A DNA stretch of 64,000 nucleotides from Candidatus Eiseniibacteriota bacterium. Its GTDB lineage: Bacteria; Eisenbacteria; RBG-16-71-46; JABDJR01. The notes beneath the pieces are model-generated. The model did not search any database. It was not told the DNA's origin and was given only the letters and a program-made list of their open reading frames with translations. Below, in pieces: positions 53,251-62,455 of this stretch; position 1 is the first letter of the stretch, and each line of letters opens with the position of its first letter. The DNA is taken from positions 1,088,001-1,152,000 of the forward strand of contig CAWANH010000029.1 in assembly GCA_963783375.1 (NCBI GenBank), read 5' to 3'. The position numbers and the translations under genes were made by a program.

Positions 53251-54159
53251 TCAGCGGGAGAGCCAGGTGAGGTCCAGGCGCATCTCCACGAACCCCGCGG
53301 TCTGGAAGATGTCGTTCCGGAAGCCTTCATAGGTGTGGTCGCTGAACACCTTCACCCCCGCGGCCACGTTGGCGCCCACCGATGTCTGTCCGGAACGGAA
53401 GAGATCGACGCCCGCCCCCACGTAGGGCGTCCAGGAATTCACGAAGTCGCTGTGCACCCAGGACACGTCGCCCCACTCGTCCTCGACGGGGAGGCCGGCG
53501 GCGTAGTCCCAGCGCACGAGTCCGGCCCGGAACCCGGCCAGCGCATAGGGACTGGGGCCGGCCCGGAGCGGCGTCATGTAGAAGCGGAGGCTTCCGCCGG
53601 CGGTGAGCTCCAGCACGTCGGTGAGGCCCTCGGTCAAGAAGCCGGTCTGGCGGACGGAGGCGGCGCCCAGTTCCAGGCCGCCCTGGAGCCTCCGGCCCGT
53701 TCCCTGTTCCACCGCACCGGCCTCGATGGCGATGGAGGTCCACCCGTCGAGCTCGGGGCGATCGCTTCCTCCGCCCCCCCCGCTCAACCGGGCGAAGTAG
53801 GTGGTCGGGGTCGCTTCCTCGTGGTCCCGGGCGCGGTATTCGGGAACGGGACCCTCGGCGTCGTCCACCAGGATCACCACCGTGTCGGGAACGCGGTCGC
53901 GGTTCCGCCGGGTTTCCCGCCCGGCGTGGAGCGCCTTCTTCTTCGGCTTCCCGCGCCGGTCGTCGTCCTTGTGGCGGTCGTCGTCCTGGTGGCGGGCGGA
54001 GCGGGACGCCTCGCGTGATGCGTCGCTCAACAGCGATCCCCCCCGGCGACTGCTGGCGCAACCGGACAGGAGCACGGCGGCCAGCGCGGTCAGAGCCACC
54101 GCTTCGCGGGTTCCGATCAGCCTCGCGTCCAGTCTTGCAATCCATCTGCGGGCTCGCAT
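53251..54159 (-). CDS. Hypothetical lipoprotein with beta-barrel-like C-terminal half
   Basis: Lipobox LSGC; amphipathic strands SPYALAG, WTPYVGAGVD and terminal EMRLDLTW. Confidence 0.7.
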   Translation of the reverse strand: MRARRWIARLDARLIGTREAVALTALAAVLLSGCASSRRGGSLLSDASREASRSARHQDDDRHKDDDRRGKPKKKALHAGRETRRNRDRVPDTVVILVDDAEGPVPEYRARDHEEATPTTYFARLSGGGGGSDRPELDGWTSIAIEAGAVEQGTGRRLQGGLELGAASVRQTGFLTEGLTDVLELTAGGSLRFYMTPLRAGPSPYALAGFRAGLVRWDYAAGLPVEDEWGDVSWVHSDFVNSWTPYVGAGVDLFRSGQTSVGANVAAGVKVFSDHTYEGFRNDIFQTAGFVEMRLDLTWLSR

Positions 54160-54517
54160 CGATACCTCCTCGTTTCGGTTCGGGCGTCGTCCCGCCTCCA
54201 GGGGATCCCGCCGGACCGGTCTGCCCCGCGTTCAAGGCAAGTCCGATGCCAAGCCGGACCGTCCCCTCTCCTGCGGCAACCTCTTGATTCCAGGGGCCTT
54301 CCATCGACCCGCCCCGGCCGTTCCCGAGCCCGGATGTCGCCCCCGCACCTCAGGTGTGTCGGGGACACCACACGCGCCGGCCTCCCGCGAGCCATGGACA
54401 CCGGCGCCTTGGACTGGGTAGGGTGGGCGGAACCACGGCCCGTCCGCCGGCCGGACGGATTCGGAGAGACATCGGAGACGGGCGACAGGCTGCCGCCCCG
54501 AGAAGGAGGAGTCGGTC

Positions 54518-56095
54518 ATGAGGTGGAAGTCACGATCCGCTCTGGGATGCGTGGTGGGCGCGGTGCTGGCGGCGATCCTGTCGGGGCCGGCCCCCGCCGG
54601 GGCCGCCGACTCCCCCATCCTGCGATTCGACAGCTCCAGCAACATCGAGATCGATCTCCACCGGGTGGTGGAGGATCTCACCCCGCTTCTCGTCCCGCCG
54701 GACCTCGGCGACAGCACCGCGACGGCGGCCGCGGCGTTCCTCGATCTCCTGGGCATTCCCTCCCTCGACCGGCTGACCTACGACACGCGGACCTCGCTCC
54801 AGGATCTGGAGGCGCACCTCGCCGTGACCCTGGATCGCTCCCGGACCACGGGGCTCCTGGGAGCCCTGGCCGACGTCCCTCCCGGCCGGTTCCGCTTCGG
54901 CTCCTACCTCCGGGACGACGAGGTTGCCGCGGTCTTTTCCCGGCCCAACGGCGCCGGGGACCTACGAACCCTGAGCGCGTTCATGAACCGCCCCGACGTT
55001 CAGGATCTCCTTTCCAAGGGCCCGGTGGCGGAACTGACATTCCTCACCCTCTGGCATTCCCAGATCGAGTCCCAGATCCTGCCGCTCCTGAGCGGTGAGC
55101 TGGACGTCGCGGTCCTCACCCCCCGCCCTGACGCCGAGGACCACAACCCCACGGTGATCGTCGCCCTGGGCGTCGAGGACGCGACCGCGTTCCGTGACGA
55201 GCTCCTCGATGCCCTCGGGTCCACGATGGGCACCGACACCGTCGCCCGGATGCGGGCGATGCCCGGTACGAAGGCGGGAGAGTTCACGCTCTATCCCCTG
55301 ATGAACGACTACTTCTACGCCATGGGCCCCGGCTTCTTCGTGGTGGCCGCCGACTCCGCACGGCTGGCCGAGACCGTCGGGCGGAAGGCGCCGGAGAAGG
55401 ACGGTCTCCCGGAAGTTACCGGCCGCACCTACGTTCGGGTGAACGCGGACCTGGCCTTCCCGCTCCTGGCCTCGCTGGGGGACGGCGGCGGTCCGGCCGG
55501 CGCCGGCATGGACAGCGTCCTCGCGGTCCTCCGGACCTCGGCCGGGGGGCGCCTCGGCGTGTTCGAGGTGACCGGCACCGCCGGGTCCAACCGGTTCGAA
55601 CTGAACTTCCACGGCCCCGGCTCCCTCCTGAGCGCGGAGTACGGTTTCCTCGAGGCCGCGATGCGGAGGTCGCTGGAGGCCCGGGCGGCCGGGATGAAGC
55701 TCGGGCGGCTCCGCCAGGCGGTATCCACCGTCGACCAGGCCATGACCGCCTACGGATCCCAGCACGGCGGTCTCTATCCCGAAAAGCTGGAGCAGCTGGT
55801 CGAGGAAGGCTACCTCGCCGCCCTCCCCGATCTCATCCCCACGCCACCGGGCCGGTACGTGGATGGGGGCTACTCCTACATCCCCCTCCGGAACGACGAC
55901 GGCTGGGTGGATGGGTACTTCTACTTCGTCTACGGCGGGGGAAAGGGCACGGGCTACGACGTCTTTACCCCGGACAATTCCGGGACCCCGGCCCACTTCG
56001 AGGTCGCCTCCGACGGCAAGGGAGACGGCGTCCCCGCCTTCGCCTACGACGGATCGGCCGGCGACCAGATCGAGGCCTGGCGACAAGGCCGGTGA
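54518..56095 (+). CDS. Secreted hypothetical protein
   Basis: AGGAGG RBS; signal peptide; C-terminal YPEKLEQLVEEGYL..LP resembles pseudopilin G-like domains. Confidence 0.75.
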   Translation: MRWKSRSALGCVVGAVLAAILSGPAPAGAADSPILRFDSSSNIEIDLHRVVEDLTPLLVPPDLGDSTATAAAAFLDLLGIPSLDRLTYDTRTSLQDLEAHLAVTLDRSRTTGLLGALADVPPGRFRFGSYLRDDEVAAVFSRPNGAGDLRTLSAFMNRPDVQDLLSKGPVAELTFLTLWHSQIESQILPLLSGELDVAVLTPRPDAEDHNPTVIVALGVEDATAFRDELLDALGSTMGTDTVARMRAMPGTKAGEFTLYPLMNDYFYAMGPGFFVVAADSARLAETVGRKAPEKDGLPEVTGRTYVRVNADLAFPLLASLGDGGGPAGAGMDSVLAVLRTSAGGRLGVFEVTGTAGSNRFELNFHGPGSLLSAEYGFLEAAMRRSLEARAAGMKLGRLRQAVSTVDQAMTAYGSQHGGLYPEKLEQLVEEGYLAALPDLIPTPPGRYVDGGYSYIPLRNDDGWVDGYFYFVYGGGKGTGYDVFTPDNSGTPAHFEVASDGKGDGVPAFAYDGSAGDQIEAWRQGR

Positions 56096-56147
56096 CGCCG
56101 GCCTTTCCCGGAAGCCGGCGGCGGACCGACCGGGGCGATCCTCCGCC

Positions 56148-56938
56148 TCATCGCTCCGCGTCGAGCAGGGCGTAGAGGACCGGCCGGAGCGCGTCCACGT
56201 CGGTTCTGTACTGGGCCAGGACCACCGTCCCGTCCCGATCGATCACGTAGGTCGGATTGGGGGCGGTCCCGTAGGTGCACCACACGGGGTTCACCAACCC
56301 GTCCCGGTTGAGATCGTCGACCAGGTAGAGCTGGTTCCCGGTCACCAGGGACCGGGTGAGACGGGCGTTGGCCAGGCGATCCTCGTAGGTCTTGGCCTGG
56401 GGCACGTCGGAATACTCCAGCTCCCACACCTTTCCGGTGTAGGGGCTGGGCTCGGGGGCGAGTCGGATGCGCCTCGATGACGTAGACGTGCACGAACCGC
56501 ACGTGGTCGGCCAGGGTGGTGCCATCACCCATGGGTTCGGCGGCCAGGGAGTCCAGGGCAGGCACGCTGCCCCGATAGAGCGGTCAGGTGTGGGACCCCA
56601 GGATGAGCAGGACCGGTTCCTCGGCCAGGAGAGCGGACAGGGCGACCGGCCGATCCTCCAGGTCCCGCAAGGGTGAAGTCCACCGCGGTGTCCCCGGCGG
56701 CGAGACCGACGGAGAGGGCGGCCTCGTTCCGCGGCGTGAACTGTCCCACCGGCCAACGGTAGCAGTTGGAATGGATGTCGCCGGAGAGAACCGGAGGGCC
56801 GGGGGGCGGGACTTCTCCTCCACTCCCCGGATCGGAAGGGGCGGCGGCGGGTCCATCCGAACATCCCAGGAACAACAGGAGCAGAAGCGGCAGGACGCCG
56901 CGCGGGCCGTCGGGCAATCTCAGTTCGCGCCTCCTCAT
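56148..56938 (-). pseudogene. Deiodinase-like thioredoxin-fold selenoprotein (lipoprotein); in-frame UGA plus two +1 frameshifts (pseudogene or assembly error)
   Basis: Three frames join into LFLGC...GDTAVDFTL|RDLEDRPVALS...PVLLILGSHT-U-PLY...VYVIEAHP|LAPEPSPY...YGTAPNPTYVIDRDG. TGA at 56584-56586. Confidence 0.75.
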
Positions 56939-57143
56939 ATCATCCCATCCGCACCCCACTCTCCGTTGAGGGCGAACACCGGTGGAGGAGGCTACCCCAT
57001 CCGCGTGTGGAGAACCACGGATTCCCCGTCCCGAAAAATAGATTTGGATCATTTGTAGCGAGAAGAACTGGAATTCGCGATGGATATCGAGACGCCTGGC
57101 ACGGGATTCGAACGCGGAGATTCCAGGACGCCTCCGGCGGGGG

Positions 57144-58286
57144 CTACTGGAGGAGCAGGGTCTTCTGGAAAGCGGTCCGCCCGGCGGCGTTCAGGCGGAT
57201 GTAGTAGAGCCCCGAGGCAGCGGGTTCCCCCCGGTTGTCGGCCCCGTTCCAGGTCACGGTCCGGAGCCCGGAGCGGACGGAGCCGTCGAGCAGAGTGCGG
57301 ATCAGCCGGCCGTCGGCGGAATAGACCGCCATCCGGGCCGCCGTCCCGTCCGGCACCTCGAACGCGATGGCGGTGGAGCCCCGGAAGGGATTGGGGCTCG
57401 CCGGGGCGAGCGCGAAGGGCGCCGACGGCGCCGGCGGGTCCACCCCCACCGTCCCCGGGAGGACCGGCGAGCCCGCGTCCACCCAGGCCGAGTACCAGAG
57501 CCCGGCCACCCGGGAGGAGGCTTTCCAGAGCCAGGTGCGGGTATCGTCGCTCATTTCCTGCCACAGGGCGTCGTAGTAGGCGGTGCTCCGGGTGCTGCCC
57601 CCGGAGACCTGCTTGGCGACCAGGTCCGCGGCGAGGATCTCGGCCACTCCCGGGTACTGGCCGTCGATCCAATCGAACGCGCCTTCCAGAGGGTCGGCGA
57701 CGTAGCTCGCGGGCCCCGGGCCGGGGGCCAGCTCGGCGAGGTGACGCCCGGTCATGTTGCTCTCGTAGCGGGAGTGGATGCCGTCCTGGTCGGTGAGCTG
57801 TCCGTCGTAGTTCTCGGTGTCGTGGAGCGGATTGTGGAGATCCCCCACGTAGTGCCCGATATCCGCGGCCTTGGCCACCGCGGTGGTCCAGTCGTGGGCG
57901 GCGAATGCGTTCACGAGGCTCGCGTAGGTGTCCTCGATCGCCCAGGGCAGTACCCCGTTGCTGTCGACGGTGTACGTCCCGTAGAGAGCCACCGCGGCGT
58001 CGTAATCGTGGGGGAAGGTGCCGGTGAAGAAGCTGTCGTAGCTGTCGATGTCGATATAGTGCCGGATCGATTCTCCGGGGGTGCTGCTCTTCCGCGCGTC
58101 GGCGGCGGTGGAGAGATTCACCAGATCCGTCGACCACTGGGCGAACCCCTGGAACGCGAGGGGAAGATCCTGGATCGCGCCCTGGTTGATCAGCCGGTGG
58201 ACGTCCCCTCCCCACCCCAGGGCGGCCCCGGGGAAGAGGATCAGGGCGGCAAGAACGACGGCGAGGAACGGACGGGGTCGACGCAC
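57144..58286 (-). CDS. S1/P1 nuclease / Zn-dependent phospholipase C fold protein with C-terminal FlgD-Ig domain
   Basis: Mature N-terminus WGGDVH; HYIDID, GHYVGDLHNPLH and GIHSRYE; C-terminal PNPF...GRLIRTL...WNG.D..G...SGLYY. Confidence 0.85.
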   Translation of the reverse strand: MRRPRPFLAVVLAALILFPGAALGWGGDVHRLINQGAIQDLPLAFQGFAQWSTDLVNLSTAADARKSSTPGESIRHYIDIDSYDSFFTGTFPHDYDAAVALYGTYTVDSNGVLPWAIEDTYASLVNAFAAHDWTTAVAKAADIGHYVGDLHNPLHDTENYDGQLTDQDGIHSRYESNMTGRHLAELAPGPGPASYVADPLEGAFDWIDGQYPGVAEILAADLVAKQVSGGSTRSTAYYDALWQEMSDDTRTWLWKASSRVAGLWYSAWVDAGSPVLPGTVGVDPPAPSAPFALAPASPNPFRGSTAIAFEVPDGTAARMAVYSADGRLIRTLLDGSVRSGLRTVTWNGADNRGEPAASGLYYIRLNAAGRTAFQKTLLLQ

Positions 58287-58369
58287 CGGGGGCCTCCTTC
58301 AACCACACCCGGACGAGCCGGGATCCACACAATAGTGCGGGGAATATATCACCTCGGAGACGTCACCGG

Positions 58370-59473
58370 TCATTCCGAATCGCGATGACCGCCATCTCCC
58401 CCGCGGATGGGCGCCGTTGTCGGCCGGATGAAGGGCGCGGCCGGCCGGCTACCGGAGACCGCTGGAATTCCGGTACCGCTCTCCGGCGCCCCGTGGTTGG
58501 GCGGACCGTGGAGCGCGACCATCGCCCGATTCAGAAGCCGTTCCATCCGCCACAGCACCTCCTCCAACACCCGCACGTCCCGGCCGAAGGCGATCCGGTG
58601 AACCAGGGGCTTCACCAGGGTCATCCGACGCCGGAGCCCCACGTTGCGGTATCGCAGGCGGAAGTAGCCGTCGGGCGCAAGGTCCCATTTCTTCCGGAGA
58701 TGGTCCAGGCTCGCGGCTTCCCAGATATCGCTCCAGCGCAGCATGAAATAATGCAGATCGTACCACTTCAACGGGGGGCCGGGAACGTAGGTCACCACGG
58801 CGGTCGGTTCGAACCGGATGGTCCCGCCGGCGGCCAGCACGGTCAGGCAGAAGTCCACGTGCTCCCGGGTGGCAAGGAGCCCCTCGTCCAGGGGGCCCAC
58901 GGTGTCGAACAGCGCGGTCCGCACCAGCATGCAGTGGAACTCGGCGAACTCGGTGGGGCCGGCCCGGAATCGGTCCCGGATCTCGGCCACCGGCATGGCG
59001 TGGAAATCCATCCGCTCGAAGACGTGCCGCTCCACCTTGCCGTTCCGTTCCTCCTCGCGGATCCCGGTTTGTCCCCCCGCGGAATGAACGGTCCGTCCCA
59101 CCGGAAGCCCCTGACAGATGAGCGGGGTCACCACGTCCGCCCCGCTCGCCTCCGCGGCCGACACCATGGTGGTGAGCCATCCCGGCGTGACCTGGACGTC
59201 GTTGTCGATGAACACCGTATAGGTTCCGGCCCGCCGAAGGCCCAGGTTCCGGGCACGGTTCGGGGTGAGGTAGGCGCGGGTCCGGATGAGCTTGAAGCCG
59301 CGTTCCCTCGCCGAGGTCTCGAGCCAGGCCCGCACCGGCCACGGGGAGCCCCCGTCCACGTAGATCAACCGGAACGGCATCGCGGTGTGGGCGTAGATGC
59401 TCTCCAACGATTCCCGGGCGTAGCTGAACCGTTCCCGGGGAACGACGACGATGGTCACGTCGGGTTGAGGCAT
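58370..59473 (-). CDS. Family 2 glycosyltransferase
   Basis: VTIVVVPRE, YVDGGS, ARNLGL, FIDND, GPLDE and EHVDFC. Confidence 0.88.
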   Translation of the reverse strand: MPQPDVTIVVVPRERFSYARESLESIYAHTAMPFRLIYVDGGSPWPVRAWLETSARERGFKLIRTRAYLTPNRARNLGLRRAGTYTVFIDNDVQVTPGWLTTMVSAAEASGADVVTPLICQGLPVGRTVHSAGGQTGIREEERNGKVERHVFERMDFHAMPVAEIRDRFRAGPTEFAEFHCMLVRTALFDTVGPLDEGLLATREHVDFCLTVLAAGGTIRFEPTAVVTYVPGPPLKWYDLHYFMLRWSDIWEAASLDHLRKKWDLAPDGYFRLRYRNVGLRRRMTLVKPLVHRIAFGRDVRVLEEVLWRMERLLNRAMVALHGPPNHGAPESGTGIPAVSGSRPAAPFIRPTTAPIRGGDGGHRDSE

Positions 59474-59578
59474 GCATCCTCGCAGGGTTCGGGATTACGG
59501 ACCGAAGGCGGCGGCGCCGGCGGGTCCGATTATGGAGAACGAGGCCCCGGCCCTCAATGGCCCGGCCGGGGACCGGGC

Positions 59579-60922
59579 TCAGCGCCGCCGGCGTCCCCGC
59601 ACCGCAGCCAGCAGCGGCCAGTCGATCGACCCGGCCGAGGGGCGGAGGGCCAGGGTCCGGAACAGAAGGCCCATGACGGGGAATTTGAGCCCCGCCACCC
59701 GGACCAGAAGCACCACCGCTCCCAACCGCGCGAGCCACGACACCGCGAACAGGGCCCGATAGCCGAGCAGCCCGTGGCCCAGGGCCCCGAAGAGCGCGGC
59801 TCCCAAGAGCGACCCTCCCACCGTGGCCATGGAGTTCACCAGATTGTAGGTGGTCAGGAGGCTCGTTCGCTCCTCCTCCCGGATGGTGTCGAAGAGGAGC
59901 AGGAACGAAGCGAACTCGTAGAAGGCCCAGAGGACACCGGAAGCCACCTGGAGAACCAGAAGATAGCTGAAGGACCGGGACACCATCCAGAACAGGGGGA
60001 TGGCCATGATGCCCAGACCCCCGACCCGGAGCAGGGCCATCGCGCCCACCCGCCGGGCCAGGCCTCCGAGACCGGTCAGGACGGCGATCTTGGCCGCGAA
60101 GGACGCCCCGATCAGGAACATGTAGGCGGTATAGGAGAACCCGATCTCCTGCAGCATGTAGGGGGTGAAGTAGGGGCTGGCGATAGCCACCGAGGCGGTG
60201 AGGACGATCATGTAGCCCAGGAGCTTCCCTCCCGCGGCGTGGCGGAATCGCCCCAGGAGGTCGCGACCCACCACCAGCCTTTCCCCGGTCAGGGGAGGTC
60301 GGGACTCGCTCTGCCGGGAGACGCGGCGGTAGGAAAGATACCGGGCGCCGCCGGCCAAAAGAAAGATCACCGCGAACCCCAGGAGCGGAGCCCCGAGCTT
60401 CGAGGCCAGCTCGAGGATGGCTCCCCCGGCCAACAGGGCCAAGAGGCTCCCGAGCTGGATGGCCCAGGTTCGCCGCGCCCAGTACCGGGTCCGCACCATC
60501 CTCGGCACGAGCTGGCCCACCCAGACGTTCCAGGCCGGGCCGGCAGCGAGCCCCGCCCCCCAGTAGAGCGAGGCGGCGGCGAACAAGGCGAGGACGGAAA
60601 TCCTTCCCATCGCCGCCGCTCCGATGAAGGGGAGGAAGGCCGCGGCCTGCACGAAAGCGCACGCCGCCACCCAACGGCGGCGGGAACGGAGCCGGGTGAC
60701 CCCCCAGGGAGTGACCAGCTGGAGCACGCCTCCGGCCAGGAGGGGCACGGTGGAGATGAGGCCGGCCGGCACCGCACCCATGCCCAGGGCAAGCACGAAC
60801 GCGGCGAAGTAGGTCTCGCCGAGGCCGACCATGGCGCTCCAGGCCACGCCCTCCTGGAAGATCAGTCGGAGGTCGCGACGGGGCCGTGACGCCACGACGG
60901 GCTCCCCGGCGGCGGCGGTCAT
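59579..60922 (-). CDS. MFS transporter
   Basis: ~12 hydrophobic segments; W..WVGQLVP..VR.RY.ARR motif. Confidence 0.85.
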   Translation of the reverse strand: MTAAAGEPVVASRPRRDLRLIFQEGVAWSAMVGLGETYFAAFVLALGMGAVPAGLISTVPLLAGGVLQLVTPWGVTRLRSRRRWVAACAFVQAAAFLPFIGAAAMGRISVLALFAAASLYWGAGLAAGPAWNVWVGQLVPRMVRTRYWARRTWAIQLGSLLALLAGGAILELASKLGAPLLGFAVIFLLAGGARYLSYRRVSRQSESRPPLTGERLVVGRDLLGRFRHAAGGKLLGYMIVLTASVAIASPYFTPYMLQEIGFSYTAYMFLIGASFAAKIAVLTGLGGLARRVGAMALLRVGGLGIMAIPLFWMVSRSFSYLLVLQVASGVLWAFYEFASFLLLFDTIREEERTSLLTTYNLVNSMATVGGSLLGAALFGALGHGLLGYRALFAVSWLARLGAVVLLVRVAGLKFPVMGLLFRTLALRPSAGSIDWPLLAAVRGRRRR

Positions 60923-60964
60923 CTGACGGAGCGGAGCCGGGTCGCCCGGGACCGCGCCGATCGT

Positions 60965-62152
60965 CTAGGACGAGGCGGCATAGATCTCCCGGGCGGCGGC
61001 GGCGCCGACCCCGGGACGATACGGGGCCCCGACCCCTCCCAGGACGGTGTCCAGGGCGCTCAGGCAGGTGAGCACGTTGACCCGGCTGGCCGCTGCGCCC
61101 ATGAGCCCGATCCGCCAGACCTTGCCGGCGAAGTCCCCCAGACCGGCGCCGATCTCCAGCCCGTGCTCCACCCGGAGCCGGGTCCGCACCTCGGCCTCGT
61201 CCACTCCCGCCGGCACCTTGACCGGGTTGAGCTGAGGGGTTCGGATCGGCTCGTCGACCAGCAACTCCAGCCCCATCGCGGTCAACCCGGCTTTCAGGGC
61301 CTCGTGGTGGAGCCGGTGGCGCGTCCAGCACGGCTCCAGACCCTCCTCGGTCAGCATGACCAGGGCCTCGTGAAGTCCGTAGAGGGCGTTGCTGGGTGCG
61401 GTGTGGTGGTAGGCACGGCGCCCGGCTCCGCTCCAGTAGGACGTGAGGAGCCCCATGTCCATGAACCAGCTATGCACCGGGATCCGGCGGTTCTTGATCC
61501 GGTCCACCGCCCGCGGGCTCATGGTGATCGGGGAAAGACCGGGAGGGGCGGAAAGGCACTTCTGGCCCGCCGCGAACACCGCGTCCAGCCCCCACTCGTC
61601 GGTCAGGACCGGGGTCCCCACCAGGGAGGTCACCGCATCCACGATGGTGTAGGCGTCGTGGCGGCGGGCGATTCCGGCCAGCTCGGCCGCGTCGGAGAGC
61701 ACCCCGGTCGAGGTCTCGGCGTGGACGAAGGTCACCACCTTGGCCTTGGGATGGGCGGCCAGCGCCGCCTCCACCTGGGCGGGGTCGATCGCCCGGCCCC
61801 AGGGGGCCTCCACCATCACCGGAACGCCGCCGGCGCGCTCGACCATGAGGTGCATGCGGTTGGAGAAGTAGCCGTTCCGGCACACCACGACCTCGTCTCC
61901 GGGCTCCACCAGGTTCACGATGCAGGCTTCCATGCCCGCCGAGCCGGGACCGGAGAAGGGAAAGGTGAGCTCGTTCCGGGTCCGGAAGGCGTAACGCAAG
62001 AGCTCTTTCACGCCGTCCATGAACTCACCGAACTCGGGATCGAGATGGCCGAGGGTGGGGTGGGCCATGGCCTGCCGGACCCGCGCCGGTACGTCGGACG
62101 GGCCCGCCCCCATGAGAATGCGGCGGGACGGATGAAACGATCGGGTCTCCAT
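60965..62152 (-). CDS. Alanine--glyoxylate / serine--pyruvate aminotransferase (class V PLP)
   Basis: [33 protein letters not shown] and WRIGLMG. Confidence 0.93.
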   Translation of the reverse strand: METRSFHPSRRILMGAGPSDVPARVRQAMAHPTLGHLDPEFGEFMDGVKELLRYAFRTRNELTFPFSGPGSAGMEACIVNLVEPGDEVVVCRNGYFSNRMHLMVERAGGVPVMVEAPWGRAIDPAQVEAALAAHPKAKVVTFVHAETSTGVLSDAAELAGIARRHDAYTIVDAVTSLVGTPVLTDEWGLDAVFAAGQKCLSAPPGLSPITMSPRAVDRIKNRRIPVHSWFMDMGLLTSYWSGAGRRAYHHTAPSNALYGLHEALVMLTEEGLEPCWTRHRLHHEALKAGLTAMGLELLVDEPIRTPQLNPVKVPAGVDEAEVRTRLRVEHGLEIGAGLGDFAGKVWRIGLMGAAASRVNVLTCLSALDTVLGGVGAPYRPGVGAAAAREIYAASS

Positions 62153-62455
62153 GACGTCTTGCTCCTTGTCGAAATGTCCGGCGGCACGGCCCGGGGGACG
62201 GCGCGTGCCGGATGCGCCGGTAAATGTCGCATCCCGGTCGGGAAATTTCCAGCGCGGAGCGCGCGGGGGGTCCGGGGGATTTCCCCCGAATCAGGAGCTG
62301 ACGTGGGGCCCGAACGGGGGGCTTCACCCACCTCCGCGGCACGGGCTGCAGGTCCGTAATGCCTTGGCCGCCTGCTAGTTCGCCCGCCAGCGGCACTTGC
62401 GCCGCGGAACCCGCATCCCACTTTCTGGTACACTTGTTGCGTTCACTGCAACCAG

